A DNA stretch of 64,000 nt, taken from positions 512,001 to 576,000 of the forward strand of contig CAVPLM010000003.1 in NCBI GenBank assembly GCA_963706025.1. The letters are read 5' to 3'. The translations under genes were made by a program, and so were the position numbers. This stretch comes from an uncultured Actinomycetes bacterium. GTDB taxonomy: Bacteria; Actinomycetota; Thermoleophilia; RBG-16-64-13. The notes below the pieces were generated by a model that worked only from the letters and a program-made list of their open reading frames with translations, made no database searches and had not been told where the DNA came from. Position 1 is the stretch's first letter. Each line of letters begins with the position of its first letter. Shown in pieces: positions 8,917 to 19,775 of the stretch.

Positions 8917-10267
8917 GGTGGGCGGGCGGCCAGGAGTCGTGAAAACCGAGAGCGAGGGCCCGGCGACCGAGACCCAGACCATCATGTGCATCAACAGCGG
9001 CTCCTCCTCGCTGAAATTCCACCTGTACGAGATGGGCGTGTGTGGCGGGAGCGGCGTCGGCCCAGGGGATATCGCCGGCCCAGGGTGTATTGCCGGCCCA
9101 GGGGGTGGTGCCGGCCCAGGGGGCGGTGCCCGCGACCGGGGCCTATCCGAGGAGTTGCTTGCGCGGGGCGCCGTCGAGGGCATAGGGCAGGGCCAAGGCC
9201 GCCTCTGGTTCGTCGACGGGGCAGGAGAGCCCTTGGCCGAGCGGGAACTGGCCGACGTCCAGCATGAACACGCCATCGAACAGGCGCTTGCCATGCTCTC
9301 CAACAGAGATCTTCCTTCGATCGAGGCGATCGGACACCGGGTCGTCCACGGGGGGCCCAACCACTTCGTCCCGGAAGTCCTGACCCCGGAGCTCATCGAC
9401 GATCTTCGCAGACACACGGCCTGGGCGCCCCTGCACATGCCGGCCAGCCTGCGCGTGATCGAAGCTCTGCGGATGCAACGGCCGGGGCTACCCCAGGTGG
9501 CCTGCTTCGACACCGCTTTCCACGCGCAGATGCCGGAGATCGCCCGCCGCCTTCCCTTGCCCCGGCGTTTCTTCGACCAGGGAGTGCACAAGTACGGCTT
9601 CCACGGTCTCTCGTACGAGTACGTGCTCGACGCCCTCGGTGATCGGGCGAAGGGCCGGGTGGTGATCGCCCATCTGGGCAACGGGGCCAGCATGGCGGCC
9701 TGTCGGGATGGCCGGCCGATGGAGACCACCATGGGGATGACCCCTCTCGGCGGCTTCATGATGGGGACCCGGACCGGGGATCTGGACCCCGGAGTGCCGC
9801 TGTATCTGGTACGGGAGTGTGGCTACGACGACAAGACGCTCGAGCAGCTCCTCGACAAGGAGAGCGGACTGAAGGGGGTATCCGGCGAGACGGCGGACAT
9901 GAAGACTCTGCTCGAGCTTCGGGCAGGCGGCCACGAGGCGGCCACCCAGGCGGTGGAGATGTACTGTTACCAGGCGCGCAAGACGATCGGGTCGCTCACC
10001 GCCGTGCTGGGGGGGTTGGATCTTCTCGTGTTCACCGGGGGCATCGGCGAGAGGGCCGCTCCGGTGCGCGCCCTCATCTGTGGAGGCCTCGAGTACCTGG
10101 GCGTCAAGCTCGACCCGGCCAAGAACGAGACTCACGCCGAGACGATCAGCGACGACGGCAGCCTCTGCGCGGTGAGGGTCGTCCCCACAAACGAAGACGT
10201 GATGATCGCTCGTCACACCTATTCATTGGTATTCGGTGGCGCCGCAGCCGGCGGCGCCGAAACCTGA
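8909..10267 (+). CDS. ackA: Acetate/propionate kinase with a Gly/Pro repeat insertion
   Basis: [46 protein letters not shown] and TNED motifs. Confidence 0.93.
   Translation: MDEVGGRPGVVKTESEGPATETQTIMCINSGSSSLKFHLYEMGVCGGSGVGPGDIAGPGCIAGPGGGAGPGGGARDRGLSEELLARGAVEGIGQGQGRLWFVDGAGEPLAERELADVQHEHAIEQALAMLSNRDLPSIEAIGHRVVHGGPNHFVPEVLTPELIDDLRRHTAWAPLHMPASLRVIEALRMQRPGLPQVACFDTAFHAQMPEIARRLPLPRRFFDQGVHKYGFHGLSYEYVLDALGDRAKGRVVIAHLGNGASMAACRDGRPMETTMGMTPLGGFMMGTRTGDLDPGVPLYLVRECGYDDKTLEQLLDKESGLKGVSGETADMKTLLELRAGGHEAATQAVEMYCYQARKTIGSLTAVLGGLDLLVFTGGIGERAAPVRALICGGLEYLGVKLDPAKNETHAETISDDGSLCAVRVVPTNEDVMIARHTYSLVFGGAAAGGAET
9050..9130 (+). repeat. In-frame 18-bp tandem repeat (4 copies plus a degenerate one) inside ackA
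   Basis: GGCCCAGGG core at 9059, 9077, 9095 and 9113 (period 18), encoding xx(A/V)GPG units. Confidence 0.85.
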
Positions 10268-10281
10268 CAAGGAGGAAGATC

Positions 10282-12677
10282 GTGAGCACCCAACCGCCGC
10301 TCGAGGGCCAGACGCCGCTCGACCCCGCTCTGCTGGAGCGGATGAATGCCTACTGGCGCGCGGCGAACTATCTGTCGGTGGGTCAGATATATCTAAGGGA
10401 CAACCCTCTCCTGCGGCGGCCCCTCCGTCACGAGGACATCAAGGCCCGTCTCCTCGGTCACTGGGGCACCTGTCCCGGTCTGAACTTGATCTATGTGCAT
10501 CTGAACCGGGTCATCAAGGCCCGCGATCTGAACGTCGATCTACATCTGCGGACCGGGCCACGGGGGCCCGGCTATGGTCGCGAACGTCTTCCTGGAGGGC
10601 ACGTACAGCGAGTACTACGCGCACATTCCCCAGAATGAAAACGGGATCCAGCGGCTCTTCAAGCAGTTCTCCTTCCCGGGAGGCATCCCCAGTCATGTGG
10701 CCGCGGAGACGCCGGGTTCGATCCACGAAGGCGGGGAGCTGGGCTACGCGCTTTCCCACGCCTACGGAGCCGTCTTCGACAACCCCGATCTGATCGCGTG
10801 TTGTGTCATCGGCGATGGGGAGGCGGAGACCGGCGCCCTGGCTGCCTCCTGGCAGTCGAACAAGTTCCTGAATCCGGCTACCGATGGGGCCGTGCTCCCC
10901 ATACTCCATCTCAACGGCTACAAGATAGCCAATCCCACTGTCCTCGCCCGCATCGGCCGGGATGAGCTGGCGGACTACCTGCGGGGTTGCGGCCATAAGC
11001 CCTACTTCGTCGAGGGAGACGATCCCACCCGCATGCACCAGCTCATGGCGGCCACCCTCGACCGGGCGCTCGACGAGATCAAGGTGTACCAACACAGGGC
11101 CCGGGTGGAGGGCATCGTCGAGCGCCCCCAATGGCCCGCGATCGTATTGGTGACCCCCAAGGGCTGGACCGGCCCCAAGACCGTGGACGGACGGCAGACG
11201 GAGGGGAGCTTCCGCTCGCACCAGGTCCCGTTCTCGGATATGACCGAGGAGCACATCAGGCTCCTCGAAGACTGGATGCGCAGCTACAAGCCCGAGGAGC
11301 TTTTCGACGAGACCGGCGCGTTCCGGCTCGAACTGGCGGAACTGGCGCCCCAGGGCACTCGGCGCATGGGTGACAATCCGCATGCCAACGGCGGGCTGCT
11401 CCTCCACGACCTCGAACTCCCCGACTTCCGCGACTTCCAGGTAGAGGTGCCGGCGCCCGGGGCTCACGCTTGGCCAATCGACCAAAGTCATGGGCGACTT
11501 CCTCGCCGAGACCATGCGGCTCAATCTGGACACAAAGGATTTTCGGGTCTTCGGCCCTGACGAGACCGCCTCCAACCGCCTGGACGCGGTGCTCGAGGTC
11601 ACCCCCCGCACCTGGAACGCCACCATCATCCCTGGGGACGACCGTCTTGCTCCGGACGGGCGGGTGATGGAGATCCTGAGCGAGCACACCATCCAGGGCT
11701 GGCTGGAGGGATACCTACTGACCGGACGTCACGGCTTGTTCTCCTGCTACGAAGCCTTCATCCACATCATCGATTCCATGTTCAACCAGCACGCCAAGTG
11801 GCTGGACGTGAGCCAGGAGATCCCCTGGAGGCGGCCGGTGGCCTCGCTCAACTACCTGCTCACTTCGCACGTCTGGCGCCAGGACCACAACGGCTTCTCC
11901 CACCAGGACCCGGGATTCATCGACCACGTGCTCACCAAGAAGCCGTCAGTGGTGAGGGTCTATCTTCCCCCGGACGCCAACTGCCTCCTCTACGTCACCG
12001 ATAAGTGCCTGCGCAGCCGGAATCTCGTGAACGTGATCGTCTCTGGAAAACAGCCCGAGCCCCAGTGGCTGGACATGACCTCCGCCATCCGGCACTGCAC
12101 GACCGGAGTGGGGATCTGGAAGTGGGCCAGCAACGACGAGGGGGCCGATCCCGACGTGGTGATGGCCTGCGCCGGTGACGTCCCCACCATGGAGACGCTC
12201 GCGGCGGTCGATTTCCTGCACAAGTACCTTCCCGACCTCAAGATCAGGGTGGTGAACGTCGTGGACCTCATGACCCTGCAGCCCCAGAGCGAGCACCCCA
12301 ACGGTCTTTCCGACCGGGAGTTCGACAGCCTGTTCACCGTCGATCGTCCGGTCATGTTCGCCTACCACGGCTATCCCTGGCTGATCCACCGGCTCACCTA
12401 CCGGCGCACCAATCACGGCAACCTCCACGTCCGCGGGTATAAGGAGGAAGGCAGCACCACTACCCCCTTCGACATGACCGTGCGTAACGAGCTCGATCGC
12501 TTCAGCCTGGTGCGCGACGTCATCGACCGGGTACCCGGCCTGGGACGACGAGCGGCTCATCTGCGCCAGTTGGTGAAGGAGATCCACGTCGATCACTGGG
12601 AATACATCCGCGAATACGGCGACGACATGCCTCTGGTAACAGATTGGACCTGGGGATCGTACAGCGGGACTGCATAG
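10282..12677 (+). CDS. xfp: Phosphoketolase; apparent frameshifts near 10536 and 11465
   Basis: [58 protein letters not shown] and [14 protein letters not shown] distributed over three frames. GGAGG RBS before GTG 10282. Confidence 0.92.
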
Positions 12678-12706
12678 GGCCGGACCACGAAAGCGGAGGA
12701 GATCAA

Positions 12707-13150
12707 GTGAGTACCGAAGGAAATCCGCGCCTCGAAGTCATCCATACCGCGGAGAACGACCCCAGTTTCAACCTGCCGTATGCGCCGGCCATCAAGGTGA
12801 ACAGCGGAAAGCTGCTTTTCACTGCGGCGATGGCTGCCCCCACCTACCACCACCATCCACATCGACCGGAGGAGTTCGACCATCTTCCCGACGACCCCGG
12901 CGAGCAGGCTCGGATGACGCTGGAGCAACTCAAGGTGATCCTGGCGGCGGCCGGTGGCACCCTCCAGGATGTCGTCTTCGTCACCCGCTTCATCCGCGAC
13001 ATCGCTGAGAACCAGGATGCCATCAACCGTGTGTTCGGCGAGTACTTTGGCGATCACCGCCCCTCGAGCTGCACCGTGGAGGTGGTCCGCCTGGCGACCG
13101 ATCCCCGGCTGAAATTCGAGATGAGCGTGGTGGCGGTGGTGCCCGAATAG
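12707..13150 (+). CDS. RidA/YjgF-family protein
   Basis: PYAPAIK, EQARMTLEQLKVILAAAG, FGDHRPSSCTVEV and KFEMSVVA; GGAGG RBS. Confidence 0.85.
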   Translation: MSTEGNPRLEVIHTAENDPSFNLPYAPAIKVNSGKLLFTAAMAAPTYHHHPHRPEEFDHLPDDPGEQARMTLEQLKVILAAAGGTLQDVVFVTRFIRDIAENQDAINRVFGEYFGDHRPSSCTVEVVRLATDPRLKFEMSVVAVVPE

Positions 13151-13225
13151 GATCGGCGAGCGAGCGGCGCCCGAGCGACGCCGGGATGTGGATCCCTGGC
13201 GTCGCGTCTATGAGAGGAGGCTCGA

Positions 13226-14159
13226 TTGGCGCGTTTCTTCAAACTGGCGATGGTGCAACTGGCATCCGACGTCGACAACCTCGACCTGGAGGCCCGCAAG
13301 GCCGGGCAGAAGGCGAAGATCGACCGCTACCTGGACACCATCCTGGGTATCGACCCGGTCGTCGATCTGCTCGTCTTTCCCGAGACCACCGTCAGCGGCT
13401 TCGACCCCGCCCACTGGACCGCTCTCGCTGAGAGCATCCCCGGGCCCACCAGTGACTATTTCTGCCGCAAGGCGAGCGAACTCGGCACATGGATCTGCCC
13501 CGGGTCCATCATCGAGAAGCGCGTTGGCCTGGACGGTACCTACAACACCTCTCTGCTCATCTCGCCCTCCGGCGAGATAGTGCTCAAGTACAGCAAGGTC
13601 TTCGTGCCCTACCCCTTCGAGCAGTCGCTCAGGGGCAGCGATTTCCCGGTCTGCGAGATCCCCGGGGTGGGCCGAGTGGGCATCATGATCTGCGCCGATC
13701 ACGCCGTGCCGGAAGTGGCCCGCAATCTGGCCTTCAACGGAGCCGAGCTCATCCTCAACCCCACCTGCCAGGGTATCTTCATCGGGGGTATCCGTCACCT
13801 GGTCCCCCTCACCCAGGTGCGGGCCATCGAGAACCAGTGCTACCTGGTGGCCGTGAACCAGGCTGCGCCACAGGGCATGGGTCACTCCCTGGCCTGCGAC
13901 CCCGAGGGCCGGATCCTCGAAGAATTGGAATCAGCCAGAGTCCTTCGCCCTGGTCACGCTCAACCTGGACGAAGTGCAGCGGGTGCGAGAGCACGGGTCG
14001 TTCGGCGTGTCCAACCAGTTCCTGAAGATGGTGCGCGACTGCCAGGAGGAGGGAGGTCCGCTCGATCTCTGCTACCGGCGCGGACTCCAGAACGCGGCGG
14101 TGTTCGAGACCCTGTCCGGGCGCGCCCCCAAGACGATCGACGAGATCACTCATCCCTGA
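13226..14159 (+). CDS. Carbon-nitrogen hydrolase family protein; apparent frameshift near 13937
   Basis: Glu-Lys-Cys triad (FPE, YSKV, ICAD) and VRAIENQCY; the C-terminus lies in ORF 13974-14159. Confidence 0.85.
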
Positions 14160-14198
14160 AACCAGGCTGAGACAAGGATGCCTCCAGGAGGTTCCCGC

Positions 14199-15239
14199 AT
14201 GGACGTCTTCCCGAAGTTCAAGGCCGCGGTCGTGCAGGCGGCGCCGGTCTGGCTGGACCGGGAGGCCACGACCGAGAAGGCCTGTCGTCTGATAGAGCAG
14301 GCCGCGGGCCAAGGCGTGCGACTGCTCGCCTTTCCTGAGGCTTGGCTCCCGGGGTTCCCCTGGTGGATCTTCCTCGGCACTCCTGCCTGGGGCAACAGCT
14401 TCTTCGCCGAGCTCTACGCGAATTCCGTGGAGATCCCCAGCCCGACGACCGACCGGCTCTGTCGGGCGGCGAAAGGAGCCGGCATGTATGTGGTCATGGG
14501 CATGGACGAGCGCGGAGGTAGCAGCCTCTACTGCACCCAACTCTTCATCGATCCGGACGGCCGGATCATGGGCCGGCACCGCAAGCTCAAGCCCACTCAC
14601 GTGGAACGCTCAGTATGGGGCGAGGGAGACGGGAGTGACCTCAAGATCTTCGACACGCCTCTCGGCAAGATCGGGGGTCTGAACTGTTGGGAGCACATGC
14701 AGCCACTTACCCGCTATGCCATGTACTCTCTGGGGCAGCAGATACACATCGCCGCGTGGCCGGCCTTCAGCCTCTATCGCAAGTACGCATATGCGCTGGG
14801 AGAGGTCACGAGCGTCGGGGCGACCCGTCAATACGCGCTGGAGGGCGGCTGCTTCGCCCTGATGGCGGTGTCGCTGATCAGCAAGGAGATGGTCGAGCGA
14901 TTGGCGGATACGCCGGAACGGGCGGACCTGATCGAAGCGGGGGGAGGAGCCAGCCAGATCTTCGGTCCCGATGGAGCGACCATAGCCGGTCCGCCCCGTG
15001 AAGACGAGGAGGCCATCGTGACGGCGGACATCGACCTCGCCGAGATCGCCCGCGCTAAGAACTTCGCCGACCCCGTGGGTCACTATTCCCGGCCGGATAT
15101 CTTCAGATTGCTCGTCAACCGCGCTCCCCAACCCTGCGTCCAGGAGGTGGCCTCTTCAGGCGTGGGTGAGGGGCTCGCGGGCACCGGCGTGAGGTCTTAC
15201 CAGGAGATCTGTCAGGAAGAGACGCCTCCACAGGCATAG
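14199..15239 (+). CDS. Nitrilase
   Basis: KAAVVQAAPV, AFPEAWLPGFP, HRKLKPTHVER..WGEGDGS, LNCWEH and DPVGHYSRPD. Confidence 0.92.
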   Translation: MDVFPKFKAAVVQAAPVWLDREATTEKACRLIEQAAGQGVRLLAFPEAWLPGFPWWIFLGTPAWGNSFFAELYANSVEIPSPTTDRLCRAAKGAGMYVVMGMDERGGSSLYCTQLFIDPDGRIMGRHRKLKPTHVERSVWGEGDGSDLKIFDTPLGKIGGLNCWEHMQPLTRYAMYSLGQQIHIAAWPAFSLYRKYAYALGEVTSVGATRQYALEGGCFALMAVSLISKEMVERLADTPERADLIEAGGGASQIFGPDGATIAGPPREDEEAIVTADIDLAEIARAKNFADPVGHYSRPDIFRLLVNRAPQPCVQEVASSGVGEGLAGTGVRSYQEICQEETPPQA

Positions 15240-15253
15240 CGGAGGTACCCGGG

Positions 15254-16425
15254 CTAGAGTGCCTTCAGGTAGATCTCTCGGGCCTCCTTGGCTCCGACCT
15301 CGCGTGGGTTCATGAAAGCGATGGGGAACGCCTGGAGGCTCACAAGCTCCTCCACCAAGTGCGGGATGTCCGCCTCGGTCAGACCCACTTCAGATAGGTG
15401 TTGGGGCATGCCCAGCTCGGTCAGCAGACGGCGCACGGCTGCCACCGATCTGTAAGCAGCATCCATGGTGGAGAGCCCGTCCGTGTTCTCGCCCAGGAGT
15501 CGGGCCACCTCGGCAAATCGGGCGGGACTCGAGATCAGGTTGTACTCCATGACGTAAGGGAGCATCAGGCCGACGGTCGATCCATGGGAGATGTGGGCCT
15601 TCTTGCCCAGGGCGTGGTTCATGAAATGGGCCAGGCCGACGCCGGCGAGCGTCCCGGCCTGCATGGCCATAGCCGCGCCGATCGCCAGTCGGTAACGGTC
15701 TTCCATCCGCTGGGGGCCTTTGGCGAAGGCCGGTCCCAGGCTGGTGGAGACGAGACGGATGGCCGTGGAGGCATACATGTCGGAGAGCAGATTGGCTCGG
15801 ATGCACGTATAGGCCTCGATGGCGTGGGTAAGGGCGTCCACGCCGGTTTCGGCCGTGTTCCGGGGCGGCAGATGCCTGGTGAGCTCCGGGTCGATGATCA
15901 CGGCATCGGGATAGTTGGCCGTGGTCAGATAGGTGTAGGTGCGGTCGTCAGTGGCGTCGTGGTGACCACCGCCGCCGAGCTCCACTCCGAGCCGGTCCCC
16001 GCCGTGGTGGGGATGAGGACTTTGGCCAGGCTCTTCTCCGGTGTTCTTCCCTCGACAAGGTCTTGGACGGTGATCCCCTCGTTGGCCGCCAGCAGGCCGG
16101 CGGCCTTGGTAGTGTCCATGACACTGCCTCCGCCCACGCCCACCAGCAGGTCGTATCTCCCTTCTCTGGCCTTCCGACCGAGCTCCTCGATGACGGTGGC
16201 GGGTGCCTCCGCCCCACACTCATCGAACACGTCGGACCCCACGCCGGCGGCGTCCAGGACCCCCTTCACCGTGTCGACGATCCCGGCTTCGACCACACCG
16301 GGATCGGTCACCACGAGGATGCGGGTCGCGCTCAGGCTCCTCACAAGATCCCCCAGGCCGCCGGTCGCGCCTACCCCGAAGAGTGTGCGTGGGACCCTGA
16401 TCTCGATCACGTTGGTCATTTCCAT
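15254..16425 (-). CDS. Iron-containing alcohol dehydrogenase; apparent frameshift near 15950
   Basis: GVGGGSVMDTTK, IPTTAGTGSE, DALTHAIEAY, GLAHFMNH and SHG motifs across two ORFs. Confidence 0.88.
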
Positions 16426-16848
16426 GCAGGCGACCCCCTGAGGTCTGTTTTGGCATCAGTTGGTTGTGGTCGACGCTCGTTTGTGGCCGAGGCTCGTTGT
16501 GGCCACCGAGCGACGCGGCTACCGCTCTCGCGGCTGTCTCGTGATCCACACAACGTCGACCACCAATACTACTATCTGGCGGCCGAACGTCGGGAGAGAC
16601 GCGGATGGGGCGATGCGATCGCCCCCGACAGACAGAAGGGACGCTGATAGGCGTCCCCTCCGTGATGGGTGGCATTGCCGTTGGTCGTTTCGGCCTGCCG
16701 ACTAAGACCGCCGGTTCCTACGACTCCGCCTTTGGAGAAGGGAGTGTTCGATGCGAACGCACAATGCGTCCACTCTCCCAAAGGATTCAATACGAGCATC
16801 ACCCGCTGGTTTCCTGCCCCCGCGGCCGCACCGTTGTCTTCGCGCCTG

Positions 16849-17769
16849 CTAGGAGTGGGTCAGCACGGCCTTGCCCCGGACGCGCCGTTCTCGGAGGGCT
16901 TGGAGTACTGCGCGAGTCTCCGTCCAGTCGCTCACCATGCCTAAGAGCGGTCTCAGCCGTCCATCGGCTACAAGGGCCACAAGCGCGCCCAAGTCGTCTC
17001 CGCGGGTTTCGAGAGGATAGGCATGGAAAAGAGGCACGACCCGACAGGCCGGCCCGCGCGGGAAGTCGAGCAGGGCCAGCGGCGCCGGGCCGCCCAGCGT
17101 TCCGTACGTGACCGCTGCGCCACCGGGGGCGAGACGGTGCGCCGCCTCGGTGAGCACCTGACCGCCGACCCCGTCCAGCACCAGGTCGAACGGGCCAGGG
17201 ACGTTGTCATCCAATGAAGTCACTACCCGATGCGCCCCGAGATTCCGTGCCTCGGGCTCTCGCTCAAGGCTGGTCACCAGGGCAGTCACGTGGGCTCCGC
17301 TCGCGACTGCCAGCTGAACAGCGAACTGTCCCACACCACCTGTCGCGCCGGTGACGAGCACCCGGCGGGCGAGCAAAGACCCCCCAAGACGGATGGCCCG
17401 AAGGGCGGTGATCCCGGCTATGGGCAGAGAGGCCGCTTCTTCGAACGAGACTTCTTCGGGCAGCGGTACTGCCAGGTATGAAGGCACCGCCACCCGTTCC
17501 GCCCAGCATTCCCAGTCGACGAGACCGACCACTCGGGTGCCCACGGCAGGGCCGCTTCCGTCGGCAGCGGCCTGTATCACTACTCCGGCCAGATCCTGAC
17601 CCGGGCGCCAGCCGTCGGGACGCATCTGGAGTAGGAACAACTCCCCGCGGTTGACGGAGTACGCGCGTACCTCCACCAGCGCCTCGCCGGCGGCTGGTGT
17701 CGGCTCGGGCAGGTCATCGGCCAGGCGCAGCCCCCCGGGAGCCTTGGGATCGGTTATGAATCCCCGCAT
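16849..17769 (-). CDS. MDR-family (quinone oxidoreductase-like) dehydrogenase
   Basis: SVNRGE, GQDLAG, LVTGATGGVG and RGKAVL motifs. Confidence 0.88.
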   Translation of the reverse strand: MRGFITDPKAPGGLRLADDLPEPTPAAGEALVEVRAYSVNRGELFLLQMRPDGWRPGQDLAGVVIQAAADGSGPAVGTRVVGLVDWECWAERVAVPSYLAVPLPEEVSFEEAASLPIAGITALRAIRLGGSLLARRVLVTGATGGVGQFAVQLAVASGAHVTALVTSLEREPEARNLGAHRVVTSLDDNVPGPFDLVLDGVGGQVLTEAAHRLAPGGAAVTYGTLGGPAPLALLDFPRGPACRVVPLFHAYPLETRGDDLGALVALVADGRLRPLLGMVSDWTETRAVLQALRERRVRGKAVLTHS

Positions 17770-17771
17770 GG

Positions 17772-19545
17772 CTACTGCCCTTTCCACTCGAAGAGGTGCA
17801 GGTCACCGTTGGCTACGAAGGCGATATGCGAGTCCGAAGCCGAGATGAACGGTGAGAGCCAGGGAGGGTCGGGCTGCTCGGCCAAGACCTGCTCGTAATT
17901 GCCGTTGAGGCCCCGCGCCACGATCTCGTACGTGTTCCCGTCCGTGCTATCCATGGGCCGGAAGTAAGCGGCGAACGTAGACGCGGCAGTCGCGAAATCG
18001 CCCTGCGGCGTCGACGTCCCATCGGTCTCCGGAAGCGAGGTCGAGCGCCCTGAGGCCGTTCTCCGAGTACACGAGTGTGTCGCCCCCGATGGACGGCCGC
18101 CACGCTTCGCTGCCGACCAGTAGCGGTTGGGCCGCGAGATCCGAGAGATCGAGAGAGTACGTGCCGGTCTCGAGACCGCCGTCGGCTGCGGCCTGCTCCC
18201 AGGCAAGGTACTTCTCGCCGACGCTGTAGACCCAGACCGCGTCGCCCATGATCGAGGCTATCGCTGAGGGAACGACCAGCATGGGCGCGTTCGCGGTCCC
18301 ATCCGAACCCGGGACCATCGAATTATAGATCGGCGTCCGCAAGTATTCCTCCGGACTCGCTTCCCAAGGGCTCTCCTCTATCCAGGTGATCCATACCCCC
18401 GCGGTCTGGGGATAGTAGACATTCCTGTCTCCTCCGGCTATCTCTACTCTCGGACCGTCCGGCACATGGTAGGAGTAGATGTGCTGGTCGCTGAAGGTAC
18501 TGCTGGCCTCATCGTATTCGCCTTCCCACCACACCGCCGTATAGCCGTCGACATCTATCCCGCCCGCCTCCGAGGCCTCGACCGGCAACTCCACCATATT
18601 CCCCGTGATCAAGTTGTAGGCATAGAGCTGGGAGGCCGTGTCGGTCCGCGTTGCCATCAACAGGATGTTGTCGGACACGCTCACCTCCATCACCGGAGCC
18701 GGCACCTCGGGGATCTGCATCTCCACCCATTCGCCTGCCGAGTCCCCCGGATCTCCCGCGACGCTGGTCGTGCTCGGCGATGAGGTCGTGGAGGTCTCGG
18801 GCTCGGTGGTGCTCGTTGTCTCTTCCGCCGTCGAAGTGGTGGTGGTACTGGTGGGGGGGGCCGCGGACGTGGTGGTGACTTCTCCATCATCTCCGCCTCG
18901 GGCGAGAACCAGGGGCACGGCTACGGCCACCGCGATCACCACGACGGCCAGGGCGGCGATGGCGATCCACAGGCCACGACGGCTCTTGCCCTGCGGTCCG
19001 CCACCGGGGCCTCCAGGACCGGGCGGCCCGCTCGGCCCTCCCGGATAGCCGGCCCGCCCGGGTAGCCTGGGCCTCCCGGGTAGCCTGGGCCGCCGGGGGC
19101 TGCGTGGCCGCCTTGCCCGGTGTAACCACTTTGTCCGGTGTAGCCGCCACTGGCTCCTTGACCGGGCGGGTACCCACCCGTTGAAGGGGCGGAGGGCGTC
19201 AAGATGAGGGTAGGAGGTAGTGTAGACGCCGAAGGGGCAACGACAGGCTGGTCGGTGGGTGGAGGTACCGGCGTGAAGGGCGGGGAAGCCGCGGCCACGA
19301 CCGGCGGCTGGGCGAGGGCGCCGCCGGCTTCGCTCGGGCCACTGGAGACGGCTGCTGCGGCGCCACCGGACGCTGTGCCGCCGCCGGCCGCCGAGGCGCC
19401 TCCAGCCGCGGCGGTTCCAGCCGACGGGCGCGGGCCCGGCTCCTGCCGCACCCACAGTGGGCTCTGCAGGACCGACCGCGGCCCCGCAGTTGCGGCAGAA
19501 GCGGGCGTCGGCGGGCACTTCCTTCCCACACGCGCTGCAATACAT
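17772..19545 (-). CDS. Zinc-ribbon membrane-anchored protein with a Gly/Pro-rich cytoplasmic region, Thr-rich linker and beta-propeller-like ectodomain; several apparent frameshifts
   Basis: MYCSACG..FCRNCG, GGPGYP repeats, TM segment (LWIAIAALAVVVIAVAVAVPLVL) and poly-Thr. The C-terminus is in ORF 17772-18206. Confidence 0.75.
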
Positions 19546-19775
19546 CTCGTCACCCCCATCGGACGGCCTGTCGCGAGTCCAGCGTGGCGCCACGGAATCG
19601 CGCCTGGCCTCTAAGGATACAACCGGACCTCCACAAATGTGCGCGTGAAGAGGCAGGCTGAGTCGGTTCTATCCGAGAGTCCGGACGCCGTACTGTGGAT
19701 AGCAGTTGCCCGAGTGACGCGTCTCGGGGCAGTTCGGACCGGCACGAGCCGATGGTCGGGCTTCCTGAATAGCCG

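Noticed and set aside
9050-9130. CRISPR-like array
   Set aside because: 18-bp in-frame coding tandem units with no spacers and no cas genes. The repeats at about 19040-19100, 46260-46340 and 49730-49780 are likewise coding.
16430-16848. Riboswitch upstream of the Fe-ADH gene
   Set aside because: No recognisable riboswitch consensus seen by eye.
19600-19775. Possible structured RNA between the MTase and zinc-ribbon genes
   Set aside because: Only a modest GC hairpin (TGCCCGAG..CTCGGGGCA), expected at this GC content, with no promoter/terminator pair.
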